Positions 1 to 9,327 of a DNA stretch of 54,117 nt are shown piece by piece. Both the position numbers and the translations under genes were made by a program. Source of the DNA: Gemmatimonadaceae bacterium (GTDB lineage: Bacteria > Gemmatimonadota > Gemmatimonadetes > Gemmatimonadales > Gemmatimonadaceae); assembly GCA_025453875.1 (NCBI GenBank), contig JALOPN010000001.1:1-54117 (forward strand), read 5' to 3'. How positions within the stretch are numbered: position 1 is the stretch's first letter; every line of letters begins with the position of its first letter. The notes under the pieces were generated by a model. The model worked only from the letters and a program-made list of their open reading frames with translations. It ran no database searches and had not been told where the DNA came from.

Positions 1-2517
1 GCGCGTCGCCGCGTCGGCATGATCGTACCCGCTGGCCACGATCACCGGGAGCAGGGGGTGCGTGGCACGGATGCGTGCGAGCACTTCCTCGCCACCAAGC
101 CGCGGCATGGTGAGGTCCAGCAGCACCAGCCCCAGCTCGTGCTGCCGCGCGGCAAAGAGGGCAATGGCCTGTTCGCCATCGTCCGCCTCGAGCACGGTCA
201 GCGACATGCGTTCGAGCACACGACGTGCCACACTGCGCACCGAGGGCTCGTCATCGACGACGAGCACCGTGCCGCGCACGACGGTGGTGAAGCCGTCATG
301 ACGTGGCACCCGCGGAGCGGTCGGTGGAGATGCCGCATGCAGGGCGATGATGAACTGTGTGCCCTGCGCCGACGACGTGACCTCGAGTGTGCCATCGAGC
401 GATTGCACGATGCCACGCACCGCGCTCAGGCCGAGGCCGCGTCCCGAGCCCTTCGTGGTGAAGAAGGGATCGAAGATGCGCGCGCGCACGTGTTCCGGGA
501 TGCCCGGACCGGTGTCGCTCACGGTCACACACACGCACGTCCCACCGTCCCGCGCGACGGACGTGGCGTGCACCGTGACGACGCCATTGGCGTCGCCGAT
601 GGCTTCGGCCGCGTTGGTAAGGAGGTTGAGCAGCACCTGTGCGAGCTGCGCCGGATCGAGCTCCACCCATAGCGGTTCCGGCATGGGCTCGATGGCGAAG
701 TGCACCTTCTTCGATTGCGCAGCGCGAACGAGCGGCACGAGGTCGTCGATGATCGTGCGCACGTCGACGACGTCACGCTTCAGACTGGCGCGGCCGGCGT
801 AGGCGAGCATCTGTCGCGTGAGATCGGCCGCACGACGACCGGCTGTGCCCACCTGCTCGAGCGATGCGCGCACTTCATCAGGCCGCGCGTCGGTGAGGGC
901 TTCGCGCGCGAGCTCGACGTGCCCGAGGATTGCGCTCAACAGGTTGTTGAAGTCGTGCGCGATGCCGCCCGCCATCACGCCCAGACTCTCGAGTTTCTGT
1001 GCCTGCTGCACCGAGGCATCGCGCACTCGTCGCTCCGACTCGGCGCGCGCGCGTTCGGTGAGATCGGTGGCGACAAGACCGATTGCGTAGGGTTCGCCTT
1101 CCGGCCGAACGAGAGGAAACGCGACGACCTGCCAGGCATGCGCGTCGTCGCCATCGCCGAGGGTGACCTCCTGTTCGACGAGCGTGCCGGTCATCCGCGC
1201 GGCGCCGATGGCGTGGCCGAGCGGTGCGGCGACGTCGCCCAGCAGCGTCTCGAGTGCGAGACCGGCGCAGTCCGCCGGGGGGCGTCCGACGAGCTGCGCG
1301 AGACGCGCGTTGGCCAGCCGCACCCGTCCTTCGAGCGAGACCACGAGCATGAGCGTCGCCGTGTTGTTGACGACGTCCTGCAGCAGCGCCCGATTGGCAT
1401 CGGCTTCGTCGAGCGCCGTGCGGGTGGCGACCACCTGTGCTTCGAGTTCCTGATACAGCGTGCGCAACCGTGCCGTCATCACGTTGAACGCGCCAGCGAG
1501 TTGTCCGACTTCGTCGTCACCACGCTGAGGCGCGAGCACACTGAAGTCACCACCCGCCACGCGCGTTGCCGCGTCGGCCACGGCGAGCACCGGCGCGGTA
1601 AATCGTCGCGTGATGAGCAGCACGCCCAGTGCCAGGAGGGCCACGGCGATGATGCCCCGTGTCATCGAGCCGATGAGCAACGTGCGTGCGGGGCCCAGCG
1701 CCGCGTCACGGGGGACTTCGCGCACCACGGCGAGGCCGAGTTCCGGGATCGTGTGCCACGCGCCAAACACCTCGCGTCCCTGCGCATCGGTGTACTGGGC
1801 GAATCCGTTCCGACCGGCGATGGCTTCACGCACCGCCAGTGTGTTCACGCCGCGACGCAATCCGTCGCGACCGAATCGCTCGGCCGAGACGAATTCGGCG
1901 AACCGATTCACCAGAAAGGCATCGACCGGCAGGCGCGTCCCGGTGCGCGCGAGACTGCGCTCGAGTTCCGCCAGATCGACGTGCACGGCGAGCACGGCGG
2001 ACAGCGAGCCCTCGGCGGAGCGGACGGGCGTGGCGACGGTGAGTCGGGGCCGCCCCTCGGTACCATCGGGGTAGATGCCCTGCGTGAATGTGCCTCGCTG
2101 ACCTTCGCGGTAGTACAGCTGATCGAGCGCGTACTGGCCGAGGTCGAGGGAATCGGAGGCACGCACGATACGACCGCCCGGTACGGCAATGAGCTGCATC
2201 GACTGATCGGCCAGCACCTCACGCGGCAACGTCGGCATTGGCCGCGTATCGTCGAGCGTCCCGGTGGCGGGCGTCCCGATCTGCAGCGCGCGCGCCAGCA
2301 GCTCCGCCGCCGCGCGCTGGCGGGCAAGCCAGGCGGTGATGCGTGTCGCGTCGTCGGTGGCCGCCGTCTGCAACTGCTCGAAGAGGCGATCACGCAATGC
2401 GCGATCGGCGGATCGGTACGCGATGATCGCGGTCATGGCGACCAGCACGAGTCCCAGCGCGAAGACCGCGCTGAACAACCGCGTCGGGAGACTGCGCTGC
2501 CAGCGCTGACGCATCAT
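1..2517 (-). CDS. hybrid sensor histidine kinase/response regulator (periplasmic Cache-like sensor, HAMP, PAS, HisKA, HATPase_c, C-terminal receiver); the C-terminus runs off the window
   Basis: Absent from the ORF track because no stop lies inside the window. My minus-strand translation from ATGATG at 2517 reads MMRQRWQRSLPTRLFSAVFALGLVLVAM (TM1). It continues with a ~250-aa extracytoplasmic segment and TM2 GIIAVALLALGVLLI. Further motifs: HAMP-like PVLAVADAATRVAGGDF..VGQLAGAFNVM, H-box GGIAHDFNNLL, LLNLLTNAAEA, DTGPGI, GSGRGLGLS, then receiver VLVVDDEPSVR...LVLLDLTMP. The plus-strand ORF 700..2616 is its antisense shadow. Confidence 0.9.
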   Translation of the reverse strand, partial: MMRQRWQRSLPTRLFSAVFALGLVLVAMTAIIAYRSADRALRDRLFEQLQTAATDDATRITAWLARQRAAAELLARALQIGTPATGTLDDTRPMPTLPREVLADQSMQLIAVPGGRIVRASDSLDLGQYALDQLYYREGQRGTFTQGIYPDGTEGRPRLTVATPVRSAEGSLSAVLAVHVDLAELERSLARTGTRLPVDAFLVNRFAEFVSAERFGRDGLRRGVNTLAVREAIAGRNGFAQYTDAQGREVFGAWHTIPELGLAVVREVPRDAALGPARTLLIGSMTRGIIAVALLALGVLLITRRFTAPVLAVADAATRVAGGDFSVLAPQRGDDEVGQLAGAFNVMTARLRTLYQELEAQVVATRTALDEADANRALLQDVVNNTATLMLVVSLEGRVRLANARLAQLVGRPPADCAGLALETLLGDVAAPLGHAIGAARMTGTLVEQEVTLGDGDDAHAWQVVAFPLVRPEGEPYAIGLVATDLTERARAESERRVRDASVQQAQKLESLGVMAGGIAHDFNNLLSAILGHVELAREALTDARPDEVRASLEQVGTAGRRAADLTRQMLAYAGRASLKRDVVDVRTIIDDLVPLVRAAQSKKVHFAIEPMPEPLWVELDPAQLAQVLLNLLTNAAEAIGDANGVVTVHATSVARDGGTCVCVTVSDTGPGIPEHVRARIFDPFFTTKGSGRGLGLSAVRGIVQSLDGTLEVTSSAQGTQFIIALHAASPPTAPRVPRHDGFTTVVRGTVLVVDDEPSVRSVARRVLERMSLTVLEADDGEQAIALFAARQHELGLVLLDLTMPRLGGEEVLARIRATHPLLPVIVASGYDHADAATR

Positions 2518-3665
2518 TGCGGTGGGGCGACCACGGCGCGAACGCCGGTCGAGTCGGCCGCAACTTCGAGCAGCACCGCGCCGCGTACCGGATCGCCGGT
2601 ACCCACGAATCGATAGCTGCCGAACGCGCCGTCGTAGGCACCGAGGTGTCGCAGCGAGTCCATCACGATGGCTCCCGTGCGCGCTCCGGCGCGACGTGCC
2701 GCTTCGGCGACGAGTTGCACGGCGTCATAGGTCGCGGCGGCGGTGGCGCGCATCGGTTCATTACCATACTGCGCGGCGTACCGCGTGCGGAGCGCGCGCA
2801 CGGCCGGTGTGTCGTTGCGCCGGTCCCAGTTCGCCACGATGATCGCGCCCTGCACTTCCGGGCGCCGACTCAACGCAATCGCGTCCCAGGCATCGCTGCC
2901 GAGCAGGCGCCCGGAGAAACCGAGTGAACGTGCCAGCTGGAAGTGGAGCGAATCGCGCGAGGTGAAGTTGGGGAGCAGCAACACGTCGGGTGACGCGGCG
3001 AGCAGCCGTCGCAGCTGCGGCGTCACCGTTTCCGGATCGTCGGCGTTGAAGGTCTCTTCGCCCACCATGCGTGCGCCTGTCGCCTCGAAGGTGGTGCGAA
3101 AGAGCGTGGCGATTTCGCGTCCGTAGGCACTGGACGCGGCGTAGAGCACCGCCGCTCGTCGCGCGCCGAGCGAGTCGTACGCAAAGCGTGCCAGTACTCG
3201 TCCCTGGACGGCGTCGAGAAACGCGAGGCGACTGACGAGGCGTCGGCCTGCTGTCACCGCCGGACTCGACGCCATGGGGGCGATCATCGGCACGTCGGAC
3301 GCTTCCGCCACCGCGCCGGCCGCCAGCGCGAGCACGCTCTGCTGCGGGCCGATGAGCACGTCGACTGAATCGAGATTGATCAGGCCACGGGCCACCGTCG
3401 ACGCGGCGTCTGGGCGCGGAGCGGTTTCGCGGTCGATGAGCACGACGCGATGGCGCACACCGTCGATGAGTACGCCGCCTTCTTCGTTGAGTGCGTCGAC
3501 GGCCAGCGTGGCGCCCTGACGGGCCGGAAGCCCTGACGATTGCGCGAAGTTGCCTTCGAACGTGCCGATCAGCCCGATGCGAAACTCGGGCGGCGGCGAG
3601 GGCTGACAGGCGGCGATGCCGACGATCAGCGCGAGCCAACTGGCGAGAGGAAGGGGGCGAAGCAT
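2514..3665 (-). CDS. periplasmic binding protein, LivJ/type-1 (Peripla_BP_6-like) lipoprotein
   Basis: Lies in track ORF 2514..4088, but the credible start is the ATG at 3665. That start gives MLRPLPLASWLALIVGIAAC (lipobox IAAC) followed by EFRIGLIGTFEGNFA..DVLIGPQQS..AVLYAASSAYG, typical of branched-chain amino acid/amide binding proteins. Its TGA (2516..2514) overlaps the kinase ATG (2517..2515). Confidence 0.85.
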   Translation of the reverse strand: MLRPLPLASWLALIVGIAACQPSPPPEFRIGLIGTFEGNFAQSSGLPARQGATLAVDALNEEGGVLIDGVRHRVVLIDRETAPRPDAASTVARGLINLDSVDVLIGPQQSVLALAAGAVAEASDVPMIAPMASSPAVTAGRRLVSRLAFLDAVQGRVLARFAYDSLGARRAAVLYAASSAYGREIATLFRTTFEATGARMVGEETFNADDPETVTPQLRRLLAASPDVLLLPNFTSRDSLHFQLARSLGFSGRLLGSDAWDAIALSRRPEVQGAIIVANWDRRNDTPAVRALRTRYAAQYGNEPMRATAAATYDAVQLVAEAARRAGARTGAIVMDSLRHLGAYDGAFGSYRFVGTGDPVRGAVLLEVAADSTGVRAVVAPPQ

Positions 3666-3764
3666 GCGGAATTCTAGTGCCACGTGGCGGAGGGATGCAC
3701 GACCCGGTAGAGTCTCGGCAGCCGCCGCGCTTTCGGCGAATGTCCCGACCACACCCACGGCCCG

Positions 3765-4334
3765 ATGCCCCGTCCCGTCACCGCCTTCAACCCACGCGCG
3801 CCAGAGGTGCTGGCGCAGGCCCGCCGCGCTCGGACGCTGCTCGCTCGATACAGTCAGCTCGCCCCGGAGGATGCGGAGGAACGCGGCATGGTGCTGCGCG
3901 AACTCCTTGGTCACGTCGGAAGCGGCGTGTGGATCGAGCCGCCGTTCTACTGCGAGTACGGCGCGCAGGTGCACATCGGCGACGAGACGTTTGTGAACGT
4001 CAACGCGGTGATGCTCGATGCTGCCCCCATCCACATCGGCGCACGCGGCCTGCTGGCGCCTGGGGTGCAGCTTCTGACGGTGACGCATCCTGTGCGCGCC
4101 GCCGACCGCTCGGTCGCGAATCGACAGCCCGGTGACGCGCCGTACGTAACGCAGGCAGCCCCCATCACGATCGGCGACGATGTGTGGCTTGGCGCAGGCG
4201 TCATCGTGCTCCCGGGGGTAGCGATCGGGGATCGCGTGACGGTGGGGGCGGGGAGCGTCGTCACCACGGACCTTCCCTCGGACACCCTCGCGCTGGGCGT
4301 GCCGGCGCGACCGGTGCGATCACTCGCCACCTGA
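3765..4334 (+). CDS. maa: sugar (maltose/galactoside) O-acetyltransferase, left-handed beta-helix hexapeptide family
   Basis: 189-aa ORF. WIEPPFYCEYGAQVHIGDETFVNVNAVMLDAAPIHIGARGLLAPGVQL..ITIGDDVWLGAGVIVLPGVAIGDRVTVGAGSVV matches the Maa/LacA hexapeptide layout over the full length. Confidence 0.85.
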   Translation: MPRPVTAFNPRAPEVLAQARRARTLLARYSQLAPEDAEERGMVLRELLGHVGSGVWIEPPFYCEYGAQVHIGDETFVNVNAVMLDAAPIHIGARGLLAPGVQLLTVTHPVRAADRSVANRQPGDAPYVTQAAPITIGDDVWLGAGVIVLPGVAIGDRVTVGAGSVVTTDLPSDTLALGVPARPVRSLAT

Positions 4335-4355
4335 CGCGTTGCGTCGCGCGTCAGG
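4330..4355. terminator. hairpin between convergent genes (possible bidirectional terminator)
   Basis: CCTGACGCG-ttgcgtcg-CGCGTCAGG is a perfect 9-bp stem that includes both stop codons (TGA 4332..4334 and TCA 4351..4353). There is no clear U-tract. Confidence 0.4.
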
Positions 4356-5034
4356 TCGTTGGTCGAACCAGTCGTGGGGCCAACCAGTCCATCGCCTCAT
4401 CGAGCGCCCCTAGCGTGGCCGCCACACGCGACATCATGGTGCTCGGGAGCGGCTTGAGATCGGGCACCGCGATCGCGAGCATGCCGGCCGCCAGCGCGGC
4501 ATCGAGGCCGAGGTCGCTGTCCTCGAACGCAACGCAGTCTGCTGGATTCACCTGCAGACGGCGCGCGGCTTCGAGGAAGATGTCGGGCGCCGGTTTGGAG
4601 CGTGCCACTTGCTCACCGGTCACCACGATCGGAAATCGAGGGGCCAGCTCGGCAAGCGCGAGCTTGTGCGCCGCACCCGCGGCGAGTGTGGATGTGGCGA
4701 TCGCGCGTGGAATCGCGTGCACGTCGAGGAAGTGCAGCAGCGCATCGAGCCCCGGTTTGCGCAGCTCGTGCGCAGGCGTTGCCGCGAGGAGCGCGTGGTA
4801 GTGCGCCGCATGGCGTTCGTACAGCGCATCCACGGCGAACGACTCGCCCATGGCCGCGCGGAACTCCGCTTCGACCTCAGGACGCCGTCGCCCGATGATG
4901 GAGGTGAGCGCGGTGAGCGGCAGCTCCACCCCGAGATCACGACCGCCGGCCAACCACGCCTGACGGGACAACCGTTCGGTGTCGAGCAACAGGCCGTCCA
5001 TGTCAAAGACGACCGCCTTGATGTGGCGCGTCAT
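4351..5034 (-). CDS. HAD-superfamily hydrolase (beta-phosphoglucomutase/phosphatase-like, subfamily IA)
   Basis: 227 aa. Motif I is VVFDMDGLLLDTE, with a later SKPAPDIF and FEDSDLGLDAALAAGM (motifs III/IV). Confidence 0.8.
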   Translation of the reverse strand: MTRHIKAVVFDMDGLLLDTERLSRQAWLAGGRDLGVELPLTALTSIIGRRRPEVEAEFRAAMGESFAVDALYERHAAHYHALLAATPAHELRKPGLDALLHFLDVHAIPRAIATSTLAAGAAHKLALAELAPRFPIVVTGEQVARSKPAPDIFLEAARRLQVNPADCVAFEDSDLGLDAALAAGMLAIAVPDLKPLPSTMMSRVAATLGALDEAMDWLAPRLVRPTT

Positions 5035-5041
5035 CGCCCGT

Positions 5042-6724
5042 TCACGAGAGACCGCTGACCCGGCCCGACGCGTCCATCTGCATGCGCACCGCGGCGGGTT
5101 CCGGCGAGAGGCCCGGCATGGTCATGATGTCGCCGCACTTCGCGACCACGAAGCCGGCGCCCGCGCTGCCGGAGACCTCGGTGACCGTGATCCGGAAGCC
5201 GGTCGGACGCCCGAGCCGTGCGGGGTCATCGGTGAGCGAGTACTGCGTCTTCGCCATGCACACCGGCGTGTCGCCCAGTCCGATCGACTCGAGCCACTGG
5301 ATGTTGCGCGCGGCGGCGGGCGCGTAGTCGACGCCGTCCGCACCGTACACGCGCTGCGCAATCGCTTCGATCTTCGCCTTGATCGGTGCCGTGGTGTCGT
5401 ACAGCGGTCGGAATGCCGACGCACGCTGCTCCAGCACACGCAAGACCTGCGTGGCGAGTGCCTCGCCCCCTTCGCCACCACGCGCCCACACGTCGGTGAA
5501 GGCGACGGCAACATCATTGGACGCACACCACGCGAGCACTCGATCGATCTCGTCGTCCGTGTCAGTCAGTCGGCGATTGAGCGCCACCACGACGGGTACT
5601 CCGAACTGACGCACGTTCTGCACATGGTGTGCGAGATGCGGCAGACCGCGCTGCAGCGCGTCGACATCGGGTGTGTCGAGCTGCGACTTGGGCAGCCCGC
5701 CTTGCATCTTGAGCGACCGGATCGTGGCCACGAGCACGGCGGCCTCCGGCGTCAGATCACCGGCGCGACACACGATGTCGAAGAATTTCTCCGCGCCGAG
5801 ATCGCTGCCGAAGCCGGCTTCCGTGACGACGTAGTCACCGGTGGCCAACGCCGCGCGCGTCGCGACGAGCGAGTTGCATCCGTGCGCAATGTTGCCGAAC
5901 GGTCCGGCGTGCACGATCGCCGGACCGCCTTCGAGTGTCTGCACCAGATTCGGACGAAGCGCGTGCTTGAGCAGGATGCTCATGGCCTGCTCGGCGCCGA
6001 GATCGCCAGCGCGCACGGGCTCGCGTGCCGGGCCGGCCTTCGTGCCCACGATGATGCGCGCCAGTCGCTGCTGCAGATCGTCGTAGTCACGCGCGAGCGC
6101 CACGATGGCCATCACTTCGCTCGCCGGCACGATCACCCACCCCTCTTCGCGCGGTACACCGTGCGCGACGCCACCGAGACCGATCAGCGCGTGACGCAGG
6201 GCACGATCGTTCATGTCGATGGTGCGCGGCCAGGTGATGCGTCGTGGGTCGAGCCCGAGTGCGTTGCCCTGCGCGAGATGATTGTCGATCAGCGCGCTCA
6301 GCAGATTGTGCGCACTCGCGATGGCGTGAAAATCTCCGGTGAAGTGGAGGTTGATCTCCTCCATCGGCAGCACCTGACTGTACCCGCCGCCGGCGGCGCC
6401 GCCCTTCACGCCGAACACCGGGCCGAGACTCGGTTCGCGCAACGCGAGGACGACGCGCTTGTCGAGGCGACGCAGCGCTTGCGCGAGTCCGACGCTCACG
6501 GTGCTCTTGCCTTCGCCGGCTGGTGTCGGGCTGATGGCCGTGACGAGAATGAGGCGGCCGCTTGCCGGACGCTGCGCGAGTTCGAGCGGCAGCTTGGCCA
6601 TGAAGCGGCCGTAGGGATCGATCTGGTCGGCGGCGAGCCCCAGCTCGCTGGCCACGTCGGTGATCGGACGCAGCGAGGCCGCTTGGGCGATGGCGATGTC
6701 GGACGGCACAGAGGGCAGAGACAT
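5042..6724 (-). CDS. fhs: formate--tetrahydrofolate ligase
   Basis: Full-length match to the Fhs family: SDIAIAQAA..PTPAGEGKSTVSVGLAQAL..EPSLGPVFGVKGGAAGGGYSQV..EEINLHFTGDFHAI. The track start at 6733 is a TTG. The ATG at 6724 (MSLPSVPSDIAIAQ) is the more likely start. Confidence 0.95.
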   Translation of the reverse strand: MSLPSVPSDIAIAQAASLRPITDVASELGLAADQIDPYGRFMAKLPLELAQRPASGRLILVTAISPTPAGEGKSTVSVGLAQALRRLDKRVVLALREPSLGPVFGVKGGAAGGGYSQVLPMEEINLHFTGDFHAIASAHNLLSALIDNHLAQGNALGLDPRRITWPRTIDMNDRALRHALIGLGGVAHGVPREEGWVIVPASEVMAIVALARDYDDLQQRLARIIVGTKAGPAREPVRAGDLGAEQAMSILLKHALRPNLVQTLEGGPAIVHAGPFGNIAHGCNSLVATRAALATGDYVVTEAGFGSDLGAEKFFDIVCRAGDLTPEAAVLVATIRSLKMQGGLPKSQLDTPDVDALQRGLPHLAHHVQNVRQFGVPVVVALNRRLTDTDDEIDRVLAWCASNDVAVAFTDVWARGGEGGEALATQVLRVLEQRASAFRPLYDTTAPIKAKIEAIAQRVYGADGVDYAPAAARNIQWLESIGLGDTPVCMAKTQYSLTDDPARLGRPTGFRITVTEVSGSAGAGFVVAKCGDIMTMPGLSPEPAAVRMQMDASGRVSGLS

Positions 6725-6729
6725 GCCCG

Positions 6730-8460
6730 TCAATCTATGCCGGTCGCTCGTCGGGCGATGGGGGCGCGCTGCGGTGCCGACCGCAGGGCGGAGGCGATGG
6801 ACTCGGCCACGGAATCCGCGACCCGCGCGATGTCCGATGACGTCGCGGGCACCGGGACCACGGTGGTTGCCACCGTGCCCCGCGCGGTGCCCGCGCGCGC
6901 GTCGAGAATGACGCCGCGCAGCGCGACGCCGTCGTCCGCACGTTCGATCGAGACGGCGATCACGGTGCCGGCGCCACGCGCGAGTGCGAGCGGACGAATC
7001 GCATCGACGGCGTCCGGGACCGGCGCGGCGACGAGCGCGAGGTCGGGTGGCTCGATGACGTCGACGTTGCGCAACACCAGTGAATCAGCCGACGCCACAC
7101 GCCGCGCGAGCGCCGATTGCACCTGCCGACTCACCTGATCGGCGACCGGATCGAGCGCCGCATCACCGCTCATGTTCTGCACGGCGGTCAGCAAGACGCG
7201 TTCGGGGATCAGCGAGGCCAGTCGCTGCTGTTGGATGTCGTCCAGTCTGATCGCCACCATGGTTGGAACGGCAGCAATCACGGCAATCACTGCCGCCGCG
7301 GCCGCGAAACCGACGAAGCGTCGTGTGCGACGCCCCTCGTCGGCGTTGAGCAAGCGGGCCTGTACCTGTTGCAGTCCGTCACGCAGCAGTGCCGCGCTGG
7401 GCAGACGCCGCGACGGATTCTGCGTCATCGCGCGATGCAGCAAGCGATCGAGCGCGGGTGGAATGTCGCGCCGATGGTCGCGTACGCGCGGCGTACGACG
7501 GAACTGTCGGCGTTCCGGATCGGTGCGCGAATCGCCTGTGGCGAGCGTATCGGTCCATCGGCGTGCCTCAGGCGTCGGCACATGCAGTGCGTCGCCGAGT
7601 TGGCGCTGACCCGGGGCGTGGCCCGTGAGCAGCTCGAACAGCAGACAGCCGAGGCTGTACACATCAGCGCGCCCATCGATGGTCCCGCCGAGTTCCCACT
7701 GTTCGGGGCTCATGTAGACCGGCGTCCCCACAATGAACTCACCCGAGATCGGCGGGGTGTCGGCAGCTCGCGCAGCGCAGACGAGTCCGAAGTCGATGAC
7801 GGTGGCGTGCGCGCCATTCGTCATCACGTTCTCGGGCTTGATGTCGCGATGCACGAGCCCCTGGTTGTGCAACGCGGCCAGGGCGTCGGCCAGATCGATG
7901 CCCATGCGCAGCACCTCGTCGACGGGCAAGGGTCCGTGGCTTCGCAAGCGGCGTCGGAGCGAGGTCCCCTCGATCCACGGCATGACGAGGTACGGCAACC
8001 CACCATCGGCGAGCGTGCCGGCTTCGAAGAGCGGCACGATGTGCGGGTGCTGGAAGGTGGCCAGCGTCTCGATCTCGCGCGGGAGCGCGTAGGCGGCACC
8101 AGCGCGCCGCCGCAGCGGCCGGTCGATGACCTTGATGGCGACGGTGCGACCGAGTCGCCGGTCGCGCGCTCGGTAGACGACGCCAAAGCCGCCGGAGGAG
8201 ACGGCGTCCTCGAGATCGAAGCCGATGTCGTGCAATGCCTCGCGCACCGGGGTGCCGAGGGCCGTACGGGCGAGCGAGACGTCGTCGGGGCGACTGTCGC
8301 TGGCCGAGGAGGTCAGCGAGGTCTGGTCCGCTGGCCGGACGGGGCGCGCCGCGCCGCGATCCAGCCGCGAGGGTTCATCATCGTGCGGAGCCGAATCGAG
8401 AGTCGGCATACGGGCGAGGAAGGAGAGCCCGGCAGCGATCGTCGTGATCGCATCCGTCAC
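6730..8460 (-). CDS. Ser/Thr protein kinase with one TM segment and a C-terminal extracytoplasmic domain
   Basis: Hanks motifs are present: GGFGVVYRA, VAIKV, HRDIKPENV, DFG, YMSPE. A TM segment FAAAAAVIAVIAAVPTMVAI follows, then a ~190-aa Ala/Val-rich domain. Confidence 0.9.
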   Translation of the reverse strand: MTDAITTIAAGLSFLARMPTLDSAPHDDEPSRLDRGAARPVRPADQTSLTSSASDSRPDDVSLARTALGTPVREALHDIGFDLEDAVSSGGFGVVYRARDRRLGRTVAIKVIDRPLRRRAGAAYALPREIETLATFQHPHIVPLFEAGTLADGGLPYLVMPWIEGTSLRRRLRSHGPLPVDEVLRMGIDLADALAALHNQGLVHRDIKPENVMTNGAHATVIDFGLVCAARAADTPPISGEFIVGTPVYMSPEQWELGGTIDGRADVYSLGCLLFELLTGHAPGQRQLGDALHVPTPEARRWTDTLATGDSRTDPERRQFRRTPRVRDHRRDIPPALDRLLHRAMTQNPSRRLPSAALLRDGLQQVQARLLNADEGRRTRRFVGFAAAAAVIAVIAAVPTMVAIRLDDIQQQRLASLIPERVLLTAVQNMSGDAALDPVADQVSRQVQSALARRVASADSLVLRNVDVIEPPDLALVAAPVPDAVDAIRPLALARGAGTVIAVSIERADDGVALRGVILDARAGTARGTVATTVVPVPATSSDIARVADSVAESIASALRSAPQRAPIARRATGID

Positions 8461-8610
8461 ACCACCGGCATACGTCCGCGTCGTCGCGGCGACACCCCGG
8501 AGAACATGAAGTCACATTCGCATACCCGCAAGGGCTCCCGAGGAGCCATCGCCAGCCCCAGATGAGCGGGCGGCGGTCTGTCACAGTTCCGCCCCCCTCG
8601 CGCCTCCGGA

Positions 8611-9306
8611 TCACGGGCTGATGGGTGCCACCGGCACGATCTCGTCGCCAGCGACGAGGTAGGGGTCATCGCCCGGTGCCGGTTGCCACGCGCCGCCGCC
8701 GGTGAACGCGGTGAAGGCCGGCAGCAGCAGGGAAACTCCTCGGCGCACAAAGCAGGGCAATCGCACGCGCTGCCGCCCGCGGCCCGCGATGGCAAGCGAC
8801 GGGTGCAGGTGCCCGAAGATCGACGGTAGCGGAGCCATCCCGTCCTCGGGCGGCTCATGCTGCAGCGCGAACGGGGGCAGGGGGTGGGGTGGCGTCACCA
8901 CGTCGATGTCCAACGCGGCCGGGGGGTCGCCGCCGTGCGCGTCATGATTGCCGCGCACGAGCGTGATCGCGAGCGTCGGGTGGGTCGCGCGCCACGCCGC
9001 GAACGGCGCAAGCGCTCGTGGATGCCACGCGAGACGCGAGTGGACCAGATCACCGAGCACGTACAAGTGCGACGCCGCGCTGCGCGCGATCACCGCGTCG
9101 AGGCGTGCCAGATCAGCGCGTGTCCCACCCGGTGGCACGGGCACCCCGTGTGCGCGGAGCGTCATCGCCTTGCCGAGGTGCAAGTCGGCAATCAGCAGGG
9201 CGCCGTGCGACGGAATGCCGACCGCGCGTTCGGCGTACAGCACAATGGGTGTGTCCGCCAGCGTGATCGCCAGCGCATCGTGCCGAGGCATGTGGAGGTC
9301 ACGCAT
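8611..9306 (-). CDS. pdeM: ligase-associated DNA damage response metallophosphoesterase (PdeM/MPE type)
   Basis: Calcineurin-like motifs: LLIADLHLGK, VLGDLVH, RGNHD, GHLHP. It is the last gene of the exo-lig-helicase operon. Confidence 0.85.
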   Translation of the reverse strand: MRDLHMPRHDALAITLADTPIVLYAERAVGIPSHGALLIADLHLGKAMTLRAHGVPVPPGGTRADLARLDAVIARSAASHLYVLGDLVHSRLAWHPRALAPFAAWRATHPTLAITLVRGNHDAHGGDPPAALDIDVVTPPHPLPPFALQHEPPEDGMAPLPSIFGHLHPSLAIAGRGRQRVRLPCFVRRGVSLLLPAFTAFTGGGAWQPAPGDDPYLVAGDEIVPVAPISP

Positions 9307-9327
9307 GAGCGATGGTTGCCGTGCGGC

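Noticed and set aside
700-2616. 638-aa plus-strand ORF, the longest ORF listed for the left end.
   Set aside because: Its sequence is Arg/His/Glu-rich nonsense. The opposite strand encodes a textbook histidine kinase with all motifs in order. It is an antisense shadow ORF of GC-rich DNA.
3679-3688. Perfect palindrome GCCACGTGGC, 13 nt upstream of the binding-protein start, in the divergent region shared with maa.
   Set aside because: A single 10-bp GC-rich palindrome in ~70% G+C DNA is not distinguishable from chance without a second copy or conservation data.
3666-4088. N-terminal 141-codon extension of the binding-protein ORF. The same problem occurs at 13437..13814, 19175..20230, 22001..22255 and 32430..32978.
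   Set aside because: The extensions are not protein-like and overlap neighbouring genes or promoters. Internal ATG starts give canonical signal peptides or known family N-termini, often with ATGA coupling.
4979-8565. Plus-strand ORFs 4979..7138 (719 aa) and 7117..8565 (482 aa).
   Set aside because: They are antisense to fhs and to the Ser/Thr kinase, both of which have unambiguous family motifs. The plus-strand products have no recognisable motifs.
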